This document shows, one piece after another, positions 41,001 through 52,905 of a stretch of 64,000 nt of DNA; positions within the stretch are counted from its first letter, which is position 1, and every line of letters starts with the position of its first letter. A program made the translations under genes and the position numbers. The stretch covers positions 174,034,001-174,098,000 of the forward strand of contig NW_027362769.1 of assembly GCF_046119375.1 (NCBI RefSeq), in the 5' to 3' direction. The notes under the pieces were generated by a model. That model searched no databases. It was not told the DNA's origin and saw only the letters and a list, made by a program, of their open reading frames with translations. The DNA is from Phyllobates terribilis. Taxonomy: Eukaryota.

Positions 41001-42602
41001 CTCTCGGGCCTATTCTGGTTCGGCCGTGGGCGACGGGGGCACTGCATTGCCCCGCACCATCCCTGCCAGGCTCACTACCCCTATCTCCTGTTCCCTCACG
41101 CGGGCCTCTGCCCCGCCTCCAGAAATGTCATACGCGGGTTGGTGCGCAAGCGCTCTCGCAAGGCCTGTCTTAGCTGCGCATCTCTGAGGCTACAAACTGG
41201 TCCCGAAGTACTAGGTCCGGGGGCCCCACTCCCACGTCTTCTAGGTTCGTTTTCCTAGTGATGTAAGTGTACGCACTCTGTAGGGCGTTGACATATTGGG
41301 TCACAGTCTCCCCCTCCCTTTGTGCCTGTTGGAACAGTCGCATCCTTAACTCTGCCACATTAGTAGGGTCCCCATGCATTTCTTCTAGGATCCGTACCAC
41401 CTTTTCCACTGTATTTTGGTCAGTGGGGGAACGAAACATTACTGACATTACTAGCTTCTCCTTCTAAAGCCAGCAAAGCTATCTCTGCTTGCATATCGGG
41501 GGTCATTGGGTGCATCCGTAACATGCTCTTAACCCGTTCTACCCAATCCCACAGCATCATGTTGTCTCCGGTAAACTTTGGGAGATTATTCAACATGGCG
41601 CCCAGGGGCAGGCTAGCTGTAGGGGCTCTTGCGCTGGCCTGTTCTGCCATGCCTGCAACTGCGTCTGGGGACGACATCCTGCCGACTACGCCAAATGTTA
41701 CAAGGCTCGGATGCCGCACACAGCACGCAGAGAGTATGGCAGAGGTTTAATTCAAGATTTGGTTTCTCCACGCAGGGAGTGTAAATTTAAGTAACACAAC
41801 AATAAAACAGTAAAATCGGGCAATAAACGATTGTGGTTTAACTATAACACGGAAAGGATGAACAATACGGCTCAGTCCCAAAAGTTCAGGCTGAATAAGA
41901 GAAGGTTGATTACTGGAGGCTTACACTTATCTGTCCTTTAGCGATAACTACGTCCGTCTTCAGACACTCACTCCGGAGGGTGTCCGTCTTCTGGCGGCAG
42001 TGGGCGGTCTCGGGTCTCACCCACTGGGCCCCCAGTCCTTTTGACCACACGACAGCGGTCACAATTCCTTTAAGAGCCGCAGCAAGCTCCTCCGACGTAC
42101 AACAAACTGCGTTAGGATCACTAATCCCGGGTGCGTCCTCACCCGTAGGTCACCGTCAGATGTCTGGAAAACTGTGGTGATGCAGGTAACTGAACGATCA
42201 CTTTCTGTAGGCCCGGTACAGACCGCACGCCCCTTGTTTTGCGGCAAGCTGTGTCACCCGTTCATCCGTCACCGCAGACAGGTCAGCACGTCTCTATTTC
42301 ACCGAGGACAGGGCAGCACGTCTCTATTTCACCGAGGACAGGGCAGCACGTCTCTCTCTCGTTGTCGGCAGGTCAGACTGTTTCACCCCAACTGCCGGTC
42401 TGCTCTCCACAACCAACTGTCTCTTTCGCGCGAGCCCAGACACCTGACTTCCTCTCTTCCGTCCCTCTCCTCTGTCCCCCAGCACTGTCCAGGAAGTCCC
42501 CCGTGCACTCTTAATCCCGTTCCCTGGCAACACTGGGCAGGACCCTGGCAGTTCCGGCGCCGGAGCTCCGCACCTGTCCCTAGGCAAGTCTTCCTTCTTA
42601 CA
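38012..42602 (-). mobile_element. Internally deleted Ty3/Gypsy LTR retrotransposon inserted in the minisatellite
   Basis: LTRs at 38012-38870 and 41696-42602 (TGT...ACA, highly similar); tRNA-Ser PBS at 41676-41693; PPT about 38871-38885. Gag fragment (LPKFTG), RT thumb/RNase H (VRAFLGLAGYY, TDGSLLGLGAVLSQ, IAYASRSL, YSSFKLELLAL), integrase (VLMIDYL, IHSDQ, GNGSCERFNRTL). No protease or RT palm seen. Confidence 0.93.
41676..41693 (-). other. Primer-binding site complementary to the 3' 18 nt of tRNA-Ser
   Basis: The plus strand reads ATCCTGCCGACTACGCCA, the 3' end of vertebrate tRNA-Ser including CCA, 2 nt from the 5' LTR. Confidence 0.88.
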
Positions 42603-44106
42603 CTGGGACAGATGTTATACACTGGGGGTGAGGGGACAGATGTTATACACTGGGGGTGAGGGGACAGATGTTATACACTGGTTGGTGAGGGGACAGATGT
42701 TATACACCGGGGGGTGAAGGGACAGATATTATACACCAGGGGGGTGAGAGGACAGATGTTATACACAGGGGGGGTGAAGGGACATATGTTATACACTGGG
42801 GGGTGAGGGGACAGATGTTATACACTGGGGGGTGAGGGGACAGATGTTATACACCGGGGGGTGAGGGGACAGATGTTATACACCGGGGGGTGAGGGGACA
42901 GATGTTATACACTGGGGGGTGAAGGGACAGATGTTATACACTGGGGGGTGAAGGGACAGATGTTATACACTGGGGGGTGAAGGGACAGATGTTATACACC
43001 GGAGGGTGAAGGGACAGATGTTATACACTGGGAGGGTGAGGGGCCGGATGTTATACACCGGGGGGTGAGGGGACAGATGTTATACACCGGGGGGTGAGGG
43101 GACAGATGTTATACACCGGGGGGTTAGGGGCCGGATGTTATACACCAGGGAATAATAATGGGGCTGGATGTTATACACTGGGGGGGGCGAGGGGCCAGAT
43201 GTTATACACCGGGGGATTAGGGGCCGGATGTTATACACCAGGGGATAATAATGGGGCGGGATGTTATACACTGGGGGGTGAGGGGCCAAATGTTATACAC
43301 TAGGGGGTGAGGGGACAGATGTTATACATTGGGGGGTGAGGGGCCGGATGTTATACACCGGGTGATAATAATGGGGCCAGATGTTATACACTGGGGGGTG
43401 AGGGGAAAGATGTTATACACTGGGGGCGAGGAGCCAGATGTTATACACTACGGGGTGAGGGGACAGATGTTATACACTGGGGGGTGAAGGGACAGATGTT
43501 ATACACTGGGAGGGTGAGGGGACAGATGTTATACACCGGGGGGTGAGGGGACAGATGTTATTCACTGGGAGGGTGAGGGGACAGATGTTATTCACTGGGA
43601 GGGTGAGGGGACAGATGTTATACACCGGGGGGTGAGGGGACAGATGTTATACACTGGGGGGTGAGGGGACAGATGTTATTCGCCGGGGGGTTAGGGGCCG
43701 GATGTTATACACCAGGGGATAATAATGGGGCCGGATGTTATACACTGGGGGGGGTGAGGGGACAGATGTTATACACTGGGGGGTGAGGGGACAGATGTTA
43801 TACATTGGGGGGGGGGTGAGGGGCCGGATGTTATGCACCAGGGGATAATATTGGGGCCGGATATTATACATTGGGGGGTGAGGGGACAGATGTTATACAC
43901 TGTGGGGTGAGGGGAAAGATGTTATACATTGGGGGGTGAGGGGCCGGATGTTATACACCGGGGGATAATAATGGGGCCGGATGTTATACACTGGGGGGTG
44001 AGGGGAAAGATGTTATACATTGGGGGGTGAGGGGCCGGATGTTATACATTGGGGGGTGAGGGGCCGGATGTTATACACCGGGGGATAATAATGGGGCCAG
44101 ATGTTT
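42603..44106. repeat. G-rich ~29-30-bp minisatellite, right part
   Basis: Same unit and orientation as 35417-38011. Confidence 0.95.
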
Positions 44107-44878
44107 TACTCTTAAGGAGAATTTCCCATAATGATCACAGTCAGCGTGGCACCATACACAGTACTGGTCAGAGTTCCCCTATAAGCAGTGTCATCATTTT
44201 CTCCTCTTGCCCCGTATACAGTATTAGGGTAGTTTCACACGACCCGATGTCTCCACATTTGTTAAAACCGGTCTGATTATTCTGACCAGACTGATCAGAG
44301 CGTCATCAGTTTTTCTCAGACGTGGAAAGAGAAAAATAAGCGTCTCCACCGTCTCCATTCTGTCAGATGACATCCGAATGCCGTCCGATTCTTTTCACGG
44401 CCCCGTACATTTGCATCGCTGATTTTGATCCAACACTCTTATCAAAATTGGACAGATCTTCGATTTTTCTCCACGACCCTCTTGGTCCGAGTAAAATGTT
44501 GGTCATGTACACAACCCCATAGAATATCATAGGTACGAGTGCTACGAGTGAGAACCATGGAGGGCACTCGTATGAGAAAAATCGGTGGTGTGATCGCGCC
44601 CCAAGTCAGAGCTTCCACGACAGCCACGGTTCACACGTCTGCTCTGGTGTCAGCAGAGATTATCCCGTTACCCCTCCAGTATAAGAGACGACTGCTGTTT
44701 TCACTACTGGGGGCTCGTGTTGTCTCTTTTTATAGGAGACCCCCAGATATTGTAAGGAGGGAGAGGTGTGACGCCGTACCTCCCTAGTCCATACTTATCT
44801 ATCAGATGGCACGCCGTCAGGCCGCAGACCCTTCTATGTTCCTATGTAAGTGGTGCCGTTATCTCTCAGGTCTCACCC

Positions 44879-47800
44879 ATGATGGCGTCCGGCGGCAGCA
44901 CAACCAAGGTAGAGATTTCTGAGCCTCTGAAGCCTCTGCGTGCGAATGCGGAGGCCGTGGAGTTCATGTCCAGCGTGGGTGAGTGCATCCTGAGATCCCC
45001 CCAGCTGTCACCGGACTACAACTCCCAACATGCCCCATAGATTGATGGTATGTATGTTTCTCCAGGGCTGGATGAGCTGCGCCTCTGTCTGTTTTCCGAG
45101 TCTTTACAGTCCTCGGCTGAGCTCGGCTCCTTCTCCGTCAGTGTCCAGTCCACTTACTACGAGCAGGACGGACGGGAGGATGAGAAGTGTTTCCTCGTCC
45201 ACATCAGCAGCCACAACTCAGTGGACGACGTTCCCTGCGGAAGCTCCATCACCGGTAAGTGCAGAACACACGCACATATTGATCCACAAGGCCGAGTTAT
45301 CGTATATATTTGCACATTTCTTCCCGTAGATTTATGACTTTTTTTATTTTTGCAGCTTATATCTCTCTACAGCTGGAAACGCTGGAGCAGCAGCAGCACG
45401 AGTTTATCAAGGTACCGCACCATCAATAATGCATTATTGGGACCAAAAATAAGATCACAACCCAGCGAAACACATTCATTATCGATCGCGTAATAATGGA
45501 AACCATAAGTGTGAACAGAGCCTTAACGCCTTCTCATCCTGATCTGTAGTTTTCACATTGATTCCCTTAAGTGGCAGAGATGTAAATGTTCAGTGCTGGA
45601 GTGGAGTTGAGCCGGCACCATGAAGAGCAGCTGTAACGTCCGGCTGCAGTGACCAGGATCACAGATAACTTCTATCTATTCTATAAATTCTGTAGTTTAA
45701 TACCAAAGTATTAAATACAGTAAAACGTTTAAAAAAAAAAAGTTTTTAAAAATATGAAAAAAAAGTTCAATTTACCCCCTTTTTGCCCCATTAAAAATAA
45801 AACAATAAAAAAAATATTTGGTATCGCTGCGTTCGTAAAAGTCTGATATATCAAAATATTAAATAAATTTATCCGGTAACCTATGTAACGAAAAAAAATC
45901 AAAACACCAGAATTACATTTTTGGGCCTAAACAACATTGCAATAAGAGGCATCCAAATGGTATCAATAAAAACGTCAGCTCAAAAAATAAGCCGTCACCC
46001 AGATCCTGAGAAATGAAAATCATACGGGTCTCGGCGATAAAAGCTAATTACAAATTTGCACATTTTTTTTCACCACTTAAATAAAAAAAATATATATATA
46101 TACATGTTTGGTATCTGCGAACTGGAACTGAGCTGGGGAATCATATTACCAGGTCAGTTTTACCATATAATGAACAAGTAAAATAAAGAAAACCCATAAA
46201 AAAAAATTGTGGAATTGCACTTTTTTTTTTTGCAATTTCACCGCACTTGGAATGTCTTTACCGTTTTCCAGTACACGATATGGTAGAATGAATGGTGTCA
46301 TTCAAAAGTACAACTCGTCCTGCAAAAAAATAAGCCCTCGTACGGCCATGTTGACGGAAAAATAAAAAAACTTATGGCTTTTGGAAGAGGGGGAGGAAAA
46401 AAAATAGAAAACAGAAAATCGCCCAGTGGGTGAAGGAATTAAAAAGCCAAAAAAAAAGTGAAATTTTGGTATTTTTTTTCTACCTCTGCCTCTTTTGTAG
46501 CCTCTTTTGTGAATGCAAAAAGTGAGGAACAAATAAAAGGAGTGTGGCTGCAAAGTTGGTTTGCTGTCTGTAGATGCATAGACCCGCATAAGAGCTGTAT
46601 ACACAAAACGATAGATTTTTTATGACTCTATACCGCCATCGTCCAGTGCTCCCAATAGACCGTTTTCTCTCCATTTTTCAGCTGACAGGACATTCACTGG
46701 ATAAGAAAACTGACATGAAGAGACGCGGTGACCAGATGGTGATCAGCAGAGTCATCACCGAGGGTCAGGTGAGTGCGGAGGAGTCGCCCCCTCACTATGT
46801 GCACCCCTATAGGGGCCATTCCTTTATAGGTTAGGATATATTCACATGATATGGGTAATTTATAGTTTTGACACATTTTTTACTTTTTGATTTTCATACG
46901 CTGCAAAAAAATGTTAATATTCTGTGGGAAAAATTACGGCAACGGAATCCGAAAACTATTGTTTCCCCTAGAAATACTTTCAAAAAGGGGATGTCAGTAC
47001 AGCAAACTTATATAACGGAAGAGTCACCCCTATCACGACCCCTTAGTCAAATATAGCTTTGGGCATCATCCATTATATCCTGGGTTTTTTAGGACAACAG
47101 CATCCAGTAATCGTTAGGTTTAGGCCAGGTACATGCGGATGCAACATCATCAATGCCTGTCACCCTCCAGATACAGAAGTGAGCAACACCGGACAACCCC
47201 TTTAACAACCCTTTGGTACAATAATAAGAGCTTTAAGCTTCCCTCCGCAGCAAGCCCGCCAGGAATCAAAGTCCTACAATTTGAGTTCGCTGACTGGGTT
47301 CATCTCAGAGGCCTCGAACCTGCTGATCATGCGGCTTCTTGCAAGGAGGAAAACCCCAAAAATCCTGGATTTTCTGACCTTGGATGCGGAGATGAACCTG
47401 TGCGTCTCGTCCTATGTAAGTTGTGTGACACAAGCTGTAACTGTCTCATTGTCCTGCGGAGCTTTATAGCGTACCGTATGTGGTTTGTGTTTTACAGCGA
47501 GAGCTCGGCTCCCGTCCTCAGATCATCGGGAAAAACTCCGTAGAAGTTTATGGCATAGAGCGATCGATTCACTCAGACGATCTGCCCATCACCTGGCAGT
47601 GCTGCTTCCTACCCGACGGGTAACAGATATCGGATCAATTGTATTATTTATTTTTTATTTCTGTAAGGGCTTGTTCAGACGAGTGTGTATTCGGTCTGTG
47701 CGCTGTTAGTGTGTGCCACAAACCGCGTACGGACCCATTATACGTGACAGTACACATGGACGATCATAGAAAAAACTGCAGCAAGCACTACTCCTAGTCC

Positions 47801-49999
47801 ACAATGCAGACTGGCACACGGAGCTGCACACAGAGCCAGTCATGTCTGCAATATGTGGATGTGACTGGTGCGTTTTCCAACACCCGTCCTAAGACCCCAT
47901 TCACACGTCCGTGTTTCTCAGAAAAGCAGCTAAACTTTTTACGATCCTTCACACTCTCAATCCATTTCAAGATAGATGGGTCCAAGTAACAACTAGAGCA
48001 AGGGATGAGACGCATGCAAAACTTTATAATTTTTATAAAAGTTTTCAAGTTATCCTTTATAATCTATAGGCATGTACAGATGTCCATTTGTTGATCCGGT
48101 CACAAACTCCCACTCACACAACGCACAATTTTCAGGGCGCGCTCCGTCACCCGCAGCTTTCTCATTACTCTGTTTTCTCATTCTTTTTTTTTTATATTCA
48201 CTTGTCGATGAATAATAATTCTGTATTTATTCGTCTGTATTATTATGCGTCCGGTGATGGTAGCTGAACCCGGCTCTTGGCTGGTGCTAGTTGTATTATT
48301 GAGTACATACTGTATATCCCACCTCGCTGGTGCTGATTTTATTAGTGTCCCATGTCGCCATCAGTTCATTCTTACCTTTACTTGGTTACAGACATATGAC
48401 GAGTCGCATCCAGGTCGGATCTCCTGTTACCCTGAGAATCACACAGATGCCGGTCCTCTCAGAGCCAGGTATTAAGAGATCTTCACGGCCGGAAAGTCAG
48501 CGAGTTAATCCTTTTATCAAGAGATGTGCGAACCTTAGGGGATGTGCACACGTTATGTATTTGGTGCAGAAATTTCTGCATCTCTAGGCCAGAAGACGCA
48601 TCGTAAAATATGCTCGTTTTTGATGCTTTTTTCCCCACTTATTATTATGGGTGAAATCTGCAGCAAAAGAATTTAAGTCTGCTCCAAATCTGCACGTCAA
48701 AAATAAGCAACGTATGCATTAGACTTCAGGATTCTCATTCATTTTTGCTGGCACCATGAAACCCTTTCAGGTTGTGTGACAACACTACGCGGAAAAAAAA
48801 CGTGCCAGAAACGCAATGTGTGCACACAGCCTAAAGGAACCTTTGCCTGATACAAAAGTGGCTGCACTAAACAGCAAAGTATCAGGTCTGGGTTATGAAT
48901 TTGTACAGGCTACAAATGACAGAAGTAAACGGCATACGACAGACCCCCATTGACTATTATGGGGTCTATTGGGTTTCTGTTATGGGGTCTATCATTTTCC
49001 TGACGAAGGCGGTAACGCAGATGTGAACAGCGCCTTAATTTTACTGCCACCTAAGTCATCTGAACTGTGCCTTGTGGCTTTAAAGTTAGGCAAAGTTGTA
49101 ATATTTTGACTCCGCCACTTTGTAGAAAACAACGACTTGATGCTCTCAAATCTGTTCGCAGACGAAGAAGATCCCAAACCAGTGTTTGTAAAGAAGCCCC
49201 TAATCTGGGAGGAGGACGCTCAGCTGTACTCGCAGTTCCTGGAGAGAAAGGTGCGCAGACGTGGGACTGCTGAGGGACGTTCCCATCTCAGCCATTCGAG
49301 GCTTACATGGAAATACCTAGAATCCGCTGAGTAGATTGTCCTAGGACAAACGTTGTTTCCGTAACTCCTGTTCACTTCTTTAGTAATTGTGGTAAACTCC
49401 ACCATTTTCATAATCCTAGCGGTCACATGTAGATTAAAATGAGAATACCCCCTTTAACTGCCGGAGAACTACAAAGCTCAGCATGCAATGTAAGCCAGAA
49501 ACTGGCCACAGAGAGCTGAGATTTGTAGGTTTTTTTGTCACGTTAGTTTTTTTTTTTTTTGCATGGATGACTGTATGATTTTGGGCTGCGAACTTTACCA
49601 GATGGAGGCTAAAAGTGCCTCCTTTTCAGCCTCCATCTGTACGCTGTGCGGCTGCTTACTGTTACCTGCACTTCCCTGTACAGAGGGGCCACCGCAAGAA
49701 AACATGCAATATATTGTTTCTGTAATGTTTCCTCATGGTGGACCACTGCCCCATTCCTCCAGCATTGCTTGTACTTTCCACAGGAAGAACTAATGTCCGA
49801 TCACGAGACGTACCTGCGACGACATCCAGAGATGAAGACTCTCCTTGGGGACTTCATGCAGTTCTTACTCCTCAGGAAGCCGGAGGACGTTGTTACTTTT
49901 GCAGCAGAGTATTTTGGGCCGTTCTCCTCGGCACAGGAGCGCGGCGAAACTTTCCAATCCTCCACAATCTCTAGTCCATTTCAAGAAGGGTCCAAGTAA
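44879..49999 (+). CDS. CATIP: Ciliogenesis-associated TTC17-interacting protein (C2orf62), 9 coding exons, 366 aa from the ATG at 44879
   Basis: Exons 44879-44978 (acceptor before 44870), 45066-45254, 45356-45411, 46682-46768, 47251-47415, 47498-47619, 48392-48468, 49162-49250, 49784-49999. All GT-AG, phases consistent, 1101 nt. Peptides ANAEAVEFMSS, GFISEASNLL, RIQVGSP, KKPLIWEED and YLRRHPE..DFMQFLLLRKPEDVVTFAAEYFGPF align by recall to human CATIP. The true first exon and start codon are uncertain. Confidence 0.92.
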
Positions 50000-50290
50000 T
50001 AACCGGTGCTAGGAATGTGACGCACGCAAACGTTTCCAAGGTTATATTTGTAAAACTTTATCATATATAAAATACAGTGAGATTTCTGGCTCAGAGTTCA
50101 ATTAAAGGGATTTTGCTGCATATATAAAATATAATTTCACAAATGGCACCAAAAACATCCAGAGAAGCCCAAACTTTTTCTGTTGGTGTAAATGTGATTT
50201 TGATTGTGTCTCAGGAGGGCGTCAGATGTTTGCAGCCCTACTGCTTACAGCATTAATACTTGCCATAAAGGAAGTACCGTACTAATGATC

Positions 50291-50296
50291 AATAAA
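50291..50296 (+). terminator. Candidate CATIP polyadenylation signal
   Basis: AATAAA about 290 nt after the CATIP stop codon; motif only. Confidence 0.4.
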
Positions 50297-52078
50297 AACG
50301 TTACTATGTGATCTGTCATCGTGCGCAGTTTTCTCACCAGATCGTCCGTTTCTCCTCCTCTTCGTCTTGTCGCTATATAATGTCTGAATGAAAGCAGCGA
50401 CGGAGACAGGATTTTTCGTAGAGAAGCACAGACCCTGCTGTGTCCTCCAATTAATCTTAACATTGAATCCTATGGCAGCGAGACGTCCAGACTGACCTTC
50501 ATCTGCTGCAGACCTACAGCTGCCAGCGCGGTTAATGCCGCTCTCATGGCTCACAGGTACGTGTAGTTTTGCAAGAGCTGTAGGTTGGGGTTCTCCAATT
50601 TACAGCAAGGACCTGAGGCCAGCTTTAATTTCACAATATAACTTGCCAACTTTGGGCCAGAGAGGTTAATTCCCAAAAAATAAAAGTGATCCCTCATCCG
50701 TTGGATAGGATCACCGAGGGTCTGACCACTTGGACCAACAGCGAACCCAAGAATGGGGCAGAGGCACATTCTCCATCTTCCTTCGACTTATTATCTATGT
50801 ATTTATCAAGTGGTCATTTCCAGCAGTCCCATAAGCAGTGAATGGAGCAGAAATCGGGAAAGCCCACCTTCTCTCTATCCAGATCCCCCCCTGCCCTTGG
50901 CATCACTGGGGGTCTCAGTGGTCAGGCCATTTATCCAATCGTTTCTCAGATTTCATGTTTTTTTTTGCGACACATGAACATAATGTAAAGTGGTAAATTA
51001 CAAAAAAACACACAAAACTTTTCATGAATTTCCTTTTCCAAAATTCTAATCCCTCTGCTTTTTAAAGACAGGCAGTTATACTATATACGTAGTAAAAAAA
51101 AAAAAAAAAAAATTGTGGCATATTTATGCATATACTTTATATCGCTATTGATTTCTAAACATCCTTTTATTTTTTTTTTAGGATTTCGGACACCTTATAA
51201 CCCTTGCTAGTAAATAGTGGCATAGTGGCCTGCAAGGGAAAACAATATACAGACCCCAGTAATAAAAAAAAAAAAAAAAAAAAGGAAGAGGGGCCCAAAA
51301 TAATGGAGGAATGTGACGATATGATTTTTCAACTGCAGCGAAATGCTTTCTTCTCCCAAAAAAACAGCTCCACCCCTGTGCACAGGCTGCTTATGGTATT
51401 GCAGGTCCATTCACTTTAATGGGGCCCAAGTTGCAAAATGGTGGTGGTTTTGGAAGAGTTTCTCTAATCATAGACACTCTCGAGAGATGGGAATGGCAGG
51501 ATTTAGAAGTACCGGCCGTATTAAACCTTGGTGGGTTTTGGTAAGGCAAGTGTGAATATTATTTTTTTTTCAACATATTGGGCATTTAAAATAAAAAAAT
51601 TAGTTCTGGACGAGTCTTTAAGTCTTTTGTGATTAGAGGGGGGGTGGGGGAGAAGAGGACGTGGATGGGAAATAAAACATTCAGGATCCAGTTAATAATA
51701 AATGCACTTTTATTATCTGACGAGGCGACGATACACGTCTATAAATAAAACCTCATTATGAGGCAGCCATGGTTCCTTCTGGAACAGAACGCTCCTTTCC
51801 GGACCCCGCAGCCCCCGAAGGGCCGCGCTCATAGTCTGGAGGTCATTAATTACTGATGGAGGCTGCAGGTTACTATCTGCTAAAATGGATCATCCAAATA
51901 TATATTTTTCCGATTATAACCGCATTATTCCGATGTTTCTTTCTCCATCCGATCGGCTGCGGGATGGAAGAGAATTCTGGGTTGTTCACCTTACTTATAC
52001 TGAGCCTTAAAAGGGGTAAACCCATCTCCAAGATCCTATCCCAATATATAATAATATTAGCAAATACCTCCAATTAGA

Positions 52079-52261
52079 AATGTAGTCTAGTTCTTCTGAT
52101 AAGCTGTGTCACTTACCCCATGTGCAGGGCACTGCAGTAGCTTCGTATCTATGGTTACGAGAACTGTCACTATATGAGTGGTTGTAACTATGGATACCTA
52201 AGCTTCTGCAATGCCCTGCACATGGGGGTGACATAGCTTATCAGAAGAACTATAGTACATT
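52079..52261. repeat. Palindromic MITE-like hairpin (~80-bp arms)
   Basis: AATGTAGTCTAGTTCTTCTGATAAGCTGTGTCAC...CCCATGTGCAGGGCA pairs with TGCCCTGCACATGGG...GTGACATAGCTTATCAGAAGAACTATAGTACATT. Confidence 0.8.
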
Positions 52262-52905
52262 TTCCACCCCAAAAAATAGCATCACCCCTTTTCTACAGGT
52301 TTTACTACAGCTCAGCTCTATTAAGCTGAATGGGGATGAGCTGCAATGCCTTAGACAACCTGTAGCCAGGGGTGGTGCTGTAGGTCAAAGAAAGCAGCCA
52401 TGTTTTTGTAATCGTTGACAACCCCTTTAATAATGCATTGGCCCTAAGGATGGTGTAATAAACACAACTGCGCTCTGCCTGGACCATTTAAAGGGGAAGT
52501 GTATTCAGCAGAGCGGTCAGCAGTCACCCTTCTTGATGTCCACATGTAGGAATACCTGAACCATCATAAAATAAAAGAAACAACTTTCTTATAGGCTTCG
52601 TGTATGAATTCCTCTCCATTTTCAAGATTTCTGCTTGCTGTCAGCAAACCAGAGTTGACCCCTAGAGCCGTCCCGATGACGTCCACGTGCAGCGTCTTGT
52701 ACGCTGTTCTACATGGTCCAGGATAGGACTGAAGCTAAACCCCTGGGTGGAAGCAGTAGTGTTTCCGTTCACTTACAGCAAGCAATGATTTTGAAAATGG
52801 CAACACAGTGTATTTGAAGAGAGGCGAAAACTCCCAATTAACAACGTCTGATTCTATTTCGCCAAAACTGGACAATCCTTGGTAAAACGTGTCCCTGGAG
52901 GTCCG

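Noticed and set aside
41676-41693. tRNA-Ser sequence as a tRNA gene
   Set aside because: Only the 3' 18 nt including CCA are present, next to an LTR; it is a primer-binding site.
50330-50560. Exon-like segment (CAG acceptor, CAG/GTACGT donor) downstream of CATIP
   Set aside because: All three frames contain stops and no homology was recognised.
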